Shown here in pieces: positions 39,417 through 50,670 of a stretch of 64,000 nucleotides of DNA; positions within the stretch are counted from its first letter, which is position 1, and each line of letters begins with the position of its first letter. The stretch comes from Felis catus (Eukaryota), in NCBI RefSeq assembly GCF_018350175.1, contig NC_058368.1, forward strand, positions 181,290,001 through 181,354,000, written 5' to 3'. The notes beneath the pieces were generated by a model. That model worked only from the letters and a program-made list of their open reading frames with translations. It was not told where the DNA came from and ran no database searches. The translations under genes and the position numbers were made by a program.

Positions 39417-40659
39417 TAAATTCTTTAAATTTTTAAGGAATTCTTTAAGAATTTCAATAACCTGTAAAAGTTTACCAAAAAAAAAAATTACTGAAATGAA
39501 ATGTGGTTGTGCCAATCCAAAGCACAGACTTTAAGGCCCTTGGGCCTTATTGCTTTAGAAGCTGTTGGGATCCATTTCCTACTAATCATTTCAATGTAGC
39601 CATCATAGTAAGAGTAACTGCTTTTTCCAAAAGCCCTTAATCTACTGGGGAGATAGCATTATCTCTATTTCTATACCATTTCGTCTTCTCCAAGAAGAAA
39701 GCATTTATTCAAATTTCAGATGTTTAGTTTAGAGATTTGCAAAAATTAATAGTCATAGGAAAAAAAAAACAACACAGAGAAAATTTTCAATTAGTGTATG
39801 TGGATGGAAAAGTATAGAGTACCAGATGTTGAAACCAGAGGTTGGCATAGTTGATTCATTCTCTCTCAGTCTTTCTTTCTTTCCTTCCTCCTTTACTCAT
39901 CCCTCCTCCTTTCTCTCTTTTTTCCTCTCTCTCTTTAAAATAAAAATTTAAACCATGAAAACATCCTGCCTGAAGGTTGTCCTTTCTCCACTCCCATTTC
40001 TCACAGAACTCCAGCTGGGAAATGACAAGGAGAACACATCTGCCCGCGTGGTTTTTATTCTAGGATCCTGAAAGGACAAGCTATTTTTGTGACTGGTGGA
40101 GCTTTTTGTAGTGAAAGTGATCTTTGAAATAATCATTTATGTATCAAAATAAATCTACAGCATACATGCCTTTTCTAGAATTCAACTTGCTGCCAGATCT
40201 CCAAATTCTCAATGAACATTTGCTGACAAACTCTCAAAGTAAACACTTGCAGGTACAAGGAACAAATAGTTCCAATTGTATGTACAACTGCTCACGTTTT
40301 GATAGAGTTGACAAATCGGCTCGGTTAAACACTAATAAAATACAAAATGGTTCCCAATCATGCCAAAGCAGTGAAAACAATAGCTATGATAGGAGACATG
40401 ATCAAAATGCTTATGTTTAGGTATTTTTAAATGAAATGTTCTCAAGATTGTTTTAAAAAGTATTATTTTGAATAGCAGTACACATTACCTGAGGTGATAT
40501 TGTAGTGTTGTTTTTATACAGTACAGCAAATATTAGGATTTTAGAAATCTATCTTACTGGAAGACTTGTAGAATTTAATACTCATAGTAACTAGCTATTT
40601 ATGTCACAAAGGTACCCAAACACTTGCATAATTCTTGGGAAAATCATAATAATAACAAT

Positions 40660-40860
40660 TGGGGATAGCAATAATAATAAATGCACTTTTAAACATGAAT
40701 TATAAGCCAGGTAATGTATAAAAAAGTAAAATACTACAGTAATGATGAAGCTTGATAATTTTAGATTAGGCTTAATAGTTTCCCCAAGATCATACAGCAA
40801 GATAGTGGACAAAGTGGATTTGCAACCAAATCAGTCTGACTCTAGAGACAAGTACTATTG
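40660..40860 (-). mobile_element. MIR fragment
   Basis: tccccaagatcatacagcaagatagtgg...ggatttgcaaccaaatcagtctgactctagag. Confidence 0.65.
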
Positions 40861-41585
40861 GCTAGAATTTGTTCCTTAATAGAACATTCTCTGTAATCTC
40901 TTTGTAAAACCACAGCCCTATGACAATATTTTTCTTATGCAATATTTTCTTCTTCAGACAAAAATACCACACTGCCAAAAAGCTATATGGGGCAGATAGA
41001 TGAAGAGTATACAAAATGTGAAGAAGTTATTAGTAATAGGCCTTTTTTACATAGTGTGGCTAAGGTTCACCTCCACTCATGAAGATATAACACGTCAACA
41101 TGAGAGCTGATGTTAAGAGTAGTGGAGAAGAATGGTGCTCGATTATTTCAGTATGTCATTTCTCACAAGGAAGAATTTAAATTTTGGTTGACGAAGTAGT
41201 TGAACACGTGTTGGGCAAAGGAAATGAGGAAAGTGGATGACTGGAGATGCCCAGAATATACAGAAAAACAAGCAGCTTTGTTTTGTAAGTGTTTTCCCAA
41301 GGTGGGCATTTGCATTATTTCTCCCACATGACTACTAAGTCTTTCATAGCATGGCCATTCTGAAAACTCGTGAAGCCTTTAATAATGTTTAAAGAAATCC
41401 TAAAATAATGCTGACTCTGGGCTCCTCTCTCCATTAGAGTAAAAGATATAAAATCTCACACCTACCGCAAATGACCAGTAGACTCTCAGTTGCCTGTTAG
41501 AAGTGGTGTTTACAAGAGTCACTGAGGGAAGCAAAGCCAACATGTTTGGCTGACTTTGGGGAAGAGATCAAGAGAAAAGAAAACT

Positions 41586-41804
41586 GAGGCGCCCTGGGGG
41601 GCTCAGTTGGTTCAGTGTCGACTCTCGATTTTGACTCAGGTCATGATCTTACCATTGGAGATGGAGCCCCAAGTTGGACTCTACGTTGATCATACTGAGT
41701 CTGCTTGGGATTTTTTCTTTCCCTCTCTCTCTGCCCCTCCCCTGCTCCATGCGCGCACGTGCACACGCTCTCGCTCTCTATGAAGATAAATATACATTTT
41801 TTTT
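41586..41804 (+). mobile_element. Can-SINE
   Basis: gaggcgccctgggggctcagttggttcagtgtcgactctcgattttgactcaggtcatgatct; CT tract; degenerate TSD agaaaagaaaa. Confidence 0.92.
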
Positions 41805-42384
41805 AAAGAAAAGAAAATGGTGCCATTTTAAGCAGGGAAGGATGTATTTAGAACCCCTGAGACTTCTGGAGGATTTGGGATTGTGGGCCAGAGTTAAAAG
41901 GCAACGTTGGAAATATGACATCCACTAACAGTATGGAAGCTCATGAAAGTCTGAGTGATGTGGATTTAAAACCACTTTTAAAAATGTAGATTAACTAGAA
42001 TGTTAGAGATTGACTTCAGTGCACTCCTCAGGGACATGGTGTCCAGAGTCAGCACCAAGGGAGTCCCAGATCTTGAATTCATTTTGAAGCCCCTTCCATT
42101 GCTAGCCACAATGGTGAAGGGGAAGGAGGCAAAGAAAAAGCTTCTATTACCCAAGACTTTTGAAGGTTTTAACGTTTTAAGGGAAAAACAGGATGGCTCA
42201 TTGCTTTGTTACTCAAGGTTTTCCTTGTCCTTCATATTACGAAGGATAGAGTCCTAAGATTGGAAGTCTAATAAAAAATCTGAGAGCAATGTATATGGGC
42301 ACAAACGACTAGCTGCAAGATATCCCCAGTTCCTTCTCTTGACCTCTTGCATATAGCAGGATTTCGAAAGATCACACTATCCTT

Positions 42385-42640
42385 AATAATAGTAATAACA
42401 ATGCTAAGGACCTTTGCAACTAACAACAGGTGGCTGAGCATTTGCTGACTGTCAGGCACTGTGACAGGGATTTCATCACTGAATCTGCACCACAGCCCTG
42501 TGAAAGGGGCGCCATCATCACGGACAGGGGCAAGAGCACTGCTGCTCCAGAGCTGAGGAAACAGACACAGTTACCAAGTTCATACAGTTACAAAATTGTA
42601 GAATTAAGGACTAATAAAATATAGTACCTGTACTTTGTTT
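42385..42640 (-). mobile_element. MIR
   Basis: ctgagcatttgctgactgtcaggcactgtg...cacagccctgtgaaagg...ccaagttcatacagtta. Confidence 0.6.
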
Positions 42641-43769
42641 CTACATAAAATGCACAAATGCTCAGGAAGGTAATCTAAAAGTGTCTAAGAGGGGAAAAAA
42701 AAATGAGGCACATATTGGATATCAACAGCTGTATGCTATGTAAAGATTAAAATACTAATATTGAAGTGTGCATTAGACTAGTGCCTGGCATACAACAAGC
42801 ACTTATTATCATTATTAACCCGTCTACTCCACAAGGCCATCCTAAGAGCCAGGCGCTATTTCCACGTTTTTAGAGATGAAGGCACGATGACCTAATAGGT
42901 CAAGACACTTGTTGACTCCAGAGCCCAGCTTTTTCCATCATGCCCTCCTGCTTGTCAAAAAGACCAATTCACTTTTTTTCTTTTAGTTTATTGGATTATT
43001 TCCTTTCATTGCCCAGCTTGTTTTATCAGTCACCAGAATTACAGTTTTATACTGCCCTCATCTGTCTTGGGAGGAGTTAAATAGTATTTAGAAATATACA
43101 TACTTACAACTCTTATATTTACATTTGCAACCCTTACAAATAGATTTTTCAAACTACAGAGCAGGTATTATAACCAGACATATAAAGCCATCTATATTCT
43201 TCCTGGACATTAACATGAAACTGCACTGTGCAAAACCTTATGATAACTACATTTCATTGGCAAATATTTATTGCAGTTTTGATATTCTTACAATAAAACA
43301 GCTTAATCTATCATTTCAACTAGATACAAATTCATGATTTTTTTCTGTAGATTATACTTCTTTTATGAAACATTATACTCCCAGAGCTGAGAGTATGAGG
43401 TTAATAAAAAAACTGCAAGAAAAATATTTTCAATAATTTTGGAATAAGAAATATGATAAAAACTGTACAAGTCTCCATGCTCAAAGCCGAACAGATTTTT
43501 TTTTCACATAAAATACCAGTTTCAAATAATCAAAACATGACTTTCACAAAACCAAACAAGATGTAATTTTGTATTTCTGGGGGAATATTAAGAGCCTTTA
43601 AAAGATGTCTACTTTAATTGTACTGTGAGGTGAAGCATTCTTCAAGGATTGCTCTCTCAAAATAACTGTCTGGATAAAGTTCTGATCATAACAATTAAAA
43701 ATAAAAGAGAAGAGACTGCAGTAAATTATAAATATTGGGAACCATTTAATAACCTTAGTTTTATTATAA

Positions 43770-44040
43770 AACCTAAGTCTGAACAGAGTCTCTTCAAAAG
43801 TGTCATGGGGTGACTTTTTTCTAATATGGAGAAACGTGATTCATTAAGATGGCTATGAGGAGGCCACATTGTGAAAGAGCTCACGGTTTGTATGTGAGAA
43901 GGGTTGGGGTGGTCATGGTGGAGGACACTCAAGTTGTTTAAAGTACTCTGGAGATACTGCAAAAGAGATTGATTTACTCTTCCTGGGGGAGGGGGCAAGA
44001 ACAACTATAGAGAAAAGGTAACGGTTGTACAGGTCCCTGA
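43770..44040 (-). mobile_element. L2 fragment
   Basis: ggctatgaggaggccacattg...ggtggtcatggtggagga...gagatactgcaaaagagattgatttact. Confidence 0.45.
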
Positions 44041-44120
44041 AGGATGCATATGAATGTATTAAGTATATTAGGTCAACAAATTCAAGAACATATGAAATGA
44101 GGAAAACTAAGAAAATTAGT

Positions 44121-44357
44121 GGGGTGCCTGGATGGCTCAGTCAGTTAAACCTCTGACTTTGGCTCAGGTCATGATCTCGTGGTTCATGAGTTCGAGCCCT
44201 GTGTTGGGCTCTGTGCTGACAGCTCAGAGCCTGGAGCTTGCTTCAGATTCTGTGTCTCCCTCTCTGCCCCTTCTCCACTTTACTCTTGCCTCCCTCTTCT
44301 TTCTCTCTCAAAAATAAATAAAACATTAAAAACATTTTTAAATAAAATTAAAAAAAA
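44121..44357 (+). mobile_element. Can-SINE (feliform type)
   Basis: ggggtgcctggatggctcagtcagttaa...gctgacagctcagagcctggagc; TSD aagaaaat(t/g)agt at 44109-44120 and 44358-44369. Confidence 0.96.
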
Positions 44358-45367
44358 AAGAAAATGAGTAGATGTGCTGGCCACTGGCCACCAATGGGGG
44401 TATGTCTTCTGGAGTACATGGAGAGAAGGAGATGTTTGAAAGAATTATTATCTGTTAGACAATTCATAACTACTAAAGGACTTGTACTAAAGAGGTATAA
44501 TCCTGAGTACTACAAAGAGACAAGGGGTTTAGCACAGCTAACATTCGTGCAGGACACTTAAGAATTCACAGTGGGGAAGCAACGATTTCACCCCAGTAGA
44601 CAGTCTCCAGTGGGAAGAGAGGGAGAAATGTATGTCCCACATGAGAATCTAACAGTTACCTGTGGATTTCAAAACACTTCAGATTGAACTTCACTTATGG
44701 CTGAGGCTCAATGAAAATGATTCCAGAATTGCTAACATAAAGCAAAACACCTCCTAGAGATGGATGTGTCCTGTTCTCTGTGCACATCAGTAAAGAAGAG
44801 CAAATGGACTGTCCTTTTCTACAGTGCACATCATGGGAATGGTTCGGTGGTAAAAAAGAGCAAATGTTTAAGGACAGTTATTAAAAGAGGAATTATTAAC
44901 TTTGTAATATTTCAAGGAGGCATTTTTAACTCTAGGCACATCAATCCTTCACTGTCTCTCTCCCTGATCTGCATAAACACCATAATTGACAGCTTGTTAA
45001 CAGTTCATTAAGAATACTAAAACCTTGTGATAAACAGCAGCCTGCCAACAGCACGGTGGATGGAATATGTAGCCATGCATTTTATCCACCTCAGAAATCA
45101 GCCTAGTTTACCAACAATAAGTCCAAAAGGTGGCTTAGCTAATCGATACGTTCATACAGACAAGCACTCAGACATCATGTCATAAAGCTCTCATTAAACA
45201 CTGATTAGCAGTTAATTTATGTCTTTCAAGCTAGCTAACTTGGCTGAGGGAATGTATCCATGATCGCTAAAAATGATAAAACAATGTTATTTAAGTAATT
45301 TCAAGTGTTAAGAATACCCTCTGAATCATAGGAGGGCATTGAAAAGATAAAAGAAAGTGTGCGACGC

Positions 45368-45394
45368 AAAAAAAAAAAAAAAAAAAAAAAAAAA
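45368..45394 (+). repeat. A27 homopolymer
   Basis: Pure A run with no recognisable retroelement body upstream. Confidence 0.9.
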
Positions 45395-46214
45395 GGAACG
45401 AATAGAAAAGAAATGTAGTTTCCTGTGTGCCTTTCTTTTCTTACTGGTCCAACATGGAAAATTTTCATGATTGAAGTTTGAAATATGCTGTACAGGAGTC
45501 AACACAGAGAAATCTATTTGTGTTTTCCTGGTAAGAGTGCATCATAAAACTACTGGATGTTGTCCTTCCTTATCTTTGGATGAAAGCCTGATTATAAACT
45601 CATTTTAGTTGAACAAATCTTTCCGGACTCCCTGCTGAGCAGGGCATTTAAACTTTAAAGCTGAGAGGTCTTCATTTTCTGGACCCTGACAGCGTGTTCC
45701 TTGCAGCTCTGGCACCAGGATTCACGTGGATGCATTAAGATTCATGGGGGCATCTCACATTAAGGCCTTTAGCTGTTCCACTTTACATTTTTCTTCTGGA
45801 AAAGCACATCAAACAGACTATTGCTATCAGTGGCATGCATCCTAGTAACTCCCTATTCTCCCCACTGGCGTTGTCTTTTCATAGCAAAGGGAAATGTGAA
45901 ATAAATACAGAACCATCATAGAGAACACCCTAGCATGGACAGAGACACAGCCTGGTAACGTATTGCAGCAAAGCCCTTTTGCAATGTAAGATATTGAGAG
46001 TTGAAAATCCCTTAAAAGGGTATGTACATATCTTTCCACCATTAGCTCTGAGCTACTGAAGTTCCTAAAGGCTCACAGCTTAAGCCATGGACGTATTGAT
46101 TTGCTTGAATAAATAGGATCTCCCGGGATGTTAATTGGAAAAAGTGAAAAATTATTATGTTGAGCTGCATACTGTGGACTTCTAAAGTAGTCTGAATATT
46201 ATGAAACTGCTAGC

Positions 46215-46216
<2 letters not shown>

Positions 46217-46260
<44 letters not shown>

Positions 46261-46336
46261 ATTTACTTTCAGAGAGAGAGAGATCGAGAGAGAGAGATCA
46301 TGCATGGATGTGTGTGTATGCAGGCACAAAGCAGAA

Positions 46337-46392
<56 letters not shown>

Positions 46393-46517
46393 TGAATCCC
46401 AAGCAGGCTCCATACTACCAGTGCAGAGCCTGACATGGGGTTCGATCTCAAACCATGAGATCCTGACCCGAGCTGAAATCAAGAGTTGAATGCTTAAGTG
46501 AATGAGCCACCCAGTGC
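46217..46517 (-). mobile_element. Can-SINE with (TG)n at the tail and an expanded (GA)n tract
   Basis: gaatcccaagcaggctcc...gagatcctgacccgagctgaaatcaagag...tgagccacccagtgc. Confidence 0.92.
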
Positions 46518-46518
46518 T

Positions 46519-46520
46519 AA

Positions 46521-46555
<35 letters not shown>

Positions 46556-46566
46556 AAAATAAATAA
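46519..46566. repeat. (AAAT)n tetranucleotide repeat
   Basis: aataaataaataaa... run directly after the SINE head. Confidence 0.93.
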
Positions 46567-46759
46567 TCAAAGAGCATATTAGGTTACATCCAAATGGGAC
46601 AGAATAACTTTTCTAATCATCAAACTATCATTACCACTATCATAAATGCCAAACAAATATGATGATTACTGCTTAAAGTCATGAGTATACTCTATCAATG
46701 GAGCAGGTAATTATAACATTCCTAGGAATACTACCAAAAGCACAGTGTGGTACTTGAGA

Positions 46760-46965
46760 ACAGTGTGTTAAGGAGTTTTATATGCATCAGCTCATAATAT
46801 TCACAATAATTATCTGCAGTAGATTCTCCCATTATCTCTACTATACATAAGGAAACTGAATCTCCCAATGACCTGTTCACAGAGTTCACAGACCTAGTGG
46901 AAGGGGAAGAACCATTTTGAACCCAGACTACTGGTCTCCAAAGACTATGCTCTGGATTAGCACAT
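46760..46965 (-). mobile_element. MIR
   Basis: cattatctctactatacataaggaaactgaatctc...ttttgaacccagactactggtctccaaag. Confidence 0.68.
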
Positions 46966-47594
46966 TAAACTGGCCATTGAGTGACTCTCCCTATATTCAC
47001 TGAAGCTTTCGCTAGAGTTACAAATAGGGATCACCTGTTGAACAGACTTCACCCCTTTTAAACACAAGAATGACATCAGGTAAGATGCCATCCCAATACT
47101 AGTCTGAACTCTAGTTAAATAGAGCTATAATAGGCACTTAATTTTAGTTGATTGAGAGCAAGGTTAATTTGTATACAGTGGAAGTGTTAATTTTGGTTTA
47201 AGTGACTACTCTGTCAGAACAATGTTTTGCAACACAACCATTGATACTCAAATATAATTATCTTTATTGTGATTGTCAGAAAAACAACACTGAATAGCAT
47301 GAATTAGTGGCCTAAATCAGACTATTTCTTTTGAGGTGACAACAATGTTTTGTTTTGTTTTTTTTTTTTTTGGTATGACTTTATTTAGAGACTATGTTTT
47401 ATCATAGGCATTATTACTGTTTAACTGTGACCTCAAAACACTTTTATGATTTCATAAGCCTTTTCTAATTCTGAAAATTTTGGCCCCTAAATGTGAAGGC
47501 ACTTTCTGATCTAATTAATTTAGATTAGTCTTGAATTTCAAAAACATCAAGAGACATCTATCTTTTTCCATAATGGTCTTTAAACCATAAAAAA

Positions 47595-48100
47595 ATTCAT
47601 TCACTCATTCATTCAATTCTTTTTGCAACTAATATTTTCAGCAGGTACAACATATGTTCTAGGTATATTAGTAAACAAAGTAAAGATTCCTGCCCCAGGA
47701 CATTCTTCTGGGGACAAACAGCAGAAATATTAATAAATAAATGAGTTACAGAGTAGGTTCAAGGGTGATAGTTCTATGGAAAAAAGGCAAGGGATATGGA
47801 TGGCAAAGCAGAGGTGGCGAGGGAGTTAAATTTGTACATACAAATTTTTCAGAAGGTAGCATCTGAACTTGAAGGAGATAGTGCAGGACATGAAGATATC
47901 TAGGGGAAGAACATTCCAGACAGGGAAAACATTGAGAGAAAATTCCCTATGTTGCAGTGGGTCTGGCTTGTTAAAAGATAGTGTGCCTGAAAAGGAGAGA
48001 GGCAGGGAGGACTGGTAAGGGTGACGTCACAGAGCGTCTGGGGTCCCACTGCAGAAATACTGCAGACAGCTATATCACACCTGGGCCACACTTCTTACAG
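47595..48100 (-). mobile_element. L2 3' end (L2a-like)
   Basis: (ttca)n terminus, gttctagg...agtaaacaaagtaaagattcctgccc...atctaggggaagaacattccagacagggaaaac. Confidence 0.78.
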
Positions 48101-49020
48101 GTACTCATGGTCCTCACAGTGGAACAGAGAGTCATATAGTGGTCAACATGAGTATGTGATTTGGTCCCAGGATGATTTAACAATCTAACATGATTCAAAA
48201 TCAGAGAACTTTTCAAAAATTGAATGTGAGGATTCTCTAGAGGAATAAGAGAATCTGATAACCCCAATTTCATTCTTATGGGGCAACAGCTGAAAACTTT
48301 TCACTGATGTGCATTCTAGGTTGTGAAAACTCTTAGTTCTAGTGTTCTTATTTGCTAAGTGAGTGGCCATAGTTTGTAGGATGTGAAATTCTGTACTTAC
48401 TTACATTCTTACCTTTTTACTCTCTGTCTACTATTTTAACTACTATTTTTCCTTAAAAGTTCAACTTAATTCAAACCGTCTCCATGAAATAAAAAAAATG
48501 CCATTGAAATGTCCCAACCAATGTTCTCTGTGGCTGCAAAGTCCTGGCTGGTGTACTATTGACAGAGCTTAGAATGAGTCTCCTCTTGTTACTCATAACT
48601 TGTCCTTCAACCTGATCTCGATTCCAATGAAACCTGGGTTTTTCCTTCTCAAATCTTCCCAGCCTTATAACATAGATATCTTCATTCATGGTTTACCTAA
48701 GAGAAGTTGCATAACGCATTCAGAGAAACAAAAAAAGTGATGTGAAAATTTAGGATTGTAAGTTAAGCTGTCTGGCTTTTGAATGAAAGCCATTTCTATG
48801 GTGTTAGGCATGGAATATGTAAAAAATATATAATATAACTTTATAAAAGCCATCTCTTTGTTTCAGTCATTCATATTGAGCAGGACTTTTCAGAGCACTA
48901 AGCAAAATGGAAAACAATGCTTATGAAATTTTATCTTTGATCTACAAAGATAGGTATCTAACCTAGCCATCAACATATTTAAATGATTATCTCTTTATAT
49001 TTGTATATATATCTTTCAAT

Positions 49021-49021
<1 letters not shown>

Positions 49022-49082
<61 letters not shown>

Positions 49083-49102
49083 ATATATATATGTATATAT
49101 AT
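49022..49102. repeat. Compound (TA)13(TG)15 microsatellite with a degenerate TA extension
   Basis: Direct reading of the sequence. Confidence 0.96.
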
Positions 49103-50064
49103 AGTGCATTTATATATAAAATTTTAAGTTTGGATTGCTTAACATGATTATCTACATTATTTGATTTCTACAAAATGTTTTATTTTATTTAATAATAACT
49201 ACTCTGAAGCAATTGTAATTTTAAAAAATGACACAAGTGTGTTTACTCATACATATATGGGATGACTCATATTCATTCTTGATATCAAAGGTCAGTGTAT
49301 AATTTACTCTTCACCCTCATCACCAATTGATGTTACCAATTTGATTTCCCCATTCTTGACTTTCCAAAACAAAACAAACCATAAGAATAATTAACTTTTT
49401 CCTCCTGTTAAAAATGCATTCTTAGCATTTTTTATGGAAAAAAATTATAGAAAAGAAAAGTACAGATTGAATCCAACATTAATCACATAAAATTTTAGAA
49501 GAATCCAAATCTCCATGCCTTCCAAATAGTCACAGATTCTATTTAGGCTCTGCTTCTTGTTCTGGATATGGTTGGATGGTCAGGGATTTGTTTGCCAAAC
49601 TTGGCTTTTCTCATGTTTCACTGTGGAATAAAATATAATTAGTCTTTGGTTTACCAAATGGAAACACTAACATAGCATTAAAGCCATCCTTACAAAGTGG
49701 CACAATCAGTGAGTTCGATGATCACCTTCATTAGGGACTATGGGTAAAAAGTATTGTAGTGATAAGTGGAAAATATTTTGATTCTACATGTTTCTATAAA
49801 ACAGTTTGACCTGATAGGGGTGAGGGTTAGGATGCACATGGATGAACACAAATATTAAGTGATACATTATCCAATGCAAATTAGTGCAGTAAAATAAATA
49901 CAGAAATGCCAAATGAAAAGTGGGGTCAGTCTTTGGGCACAAAGGGAAAAGGCACATGGATTATCAGAGAAAAGACGAATAAATGCCAACTCAAACAAAG
50001 GTACTGGCAGTACAGCCACATCCAGCCAGGGTACCAGCGTCATATAGCTGCTGACCACATCCTT

Positions 50065-50290
50065 GCAAAGTCAGACAGACCTACTTCAGACCCAGGCTCT
50101 CCCTCTTATGGCTGTGTATTGGTTGGCGAGTTGTTTGACATCTCCGAGCCTTTATTTCCTTGATTATAAAGAGGGAATCATTCCATGTATCTTTAGGAAT
50201 GCTGAGAGACTTAAACTGGATAACACAGAGAAATCACTTAGCAGAGTGATTCTACGAGAGAATGAGAGAGAGAAACAAGTAAGTGCCTAA
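50065..50290 (+). mobile_element. MIR
   Basis: agtcagacagacctacttcagacccaggctct...ttggcgagttgtttgacatctccgagcctttatttcct. Confidence 0.72.
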
Positions 50291-50439
50291 GTTCCCTAGG
50301 CTGGAAAAAGGATACACAAAAGGCTTGGTGCCACAGGAAGGCAATGTGAATGGATATGATCAATATTTAAGAGACTCATATGGCAGTGTGACTTACAGAG
50401 GCTCCACTGGCCTGGGGAGAGGGGTGCAGGAAGATGGGC

Positions 50440-50670
50440 CGGGAGGGTGGGTGGCAGAGACCTTCAGGGGCAGAAAAAATGATGAAAAGGGACAAGGATA
50501 TATAACTACAGAGATGTAAAAGAAGGGGTGATCTAAAAGACTCTGCTGGGAAAGAATCAGCAGGTGTTGGTGATAAATTGGAAGTGGAAGGTGAAGGAGG
50601 AAAATCGAAAATAACTCCCAGATAAGAGCTTTAAGGAGCTAGAAGAACACTGGTGACAGTAACAGAAGGG
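50440..50670 (-). mobile_element. L2 fragment
   Basis: agaatcagcaggtgttggtgataaattggaagtggaaggtgaaggag...aaaataactcccag. Confidence 0.55.

Noticed and set aside
42048..42068. RE1/NRSE-like gtcagcaccaagggagtcc
   Set aside because: Only the left half-site matches; the GGACAG half is absent
46201..46489. Cluster of ORFs with CVCVCV, ERERER and SLSLSL runs
   Set aside because: Microsatellite translations inside a SINE
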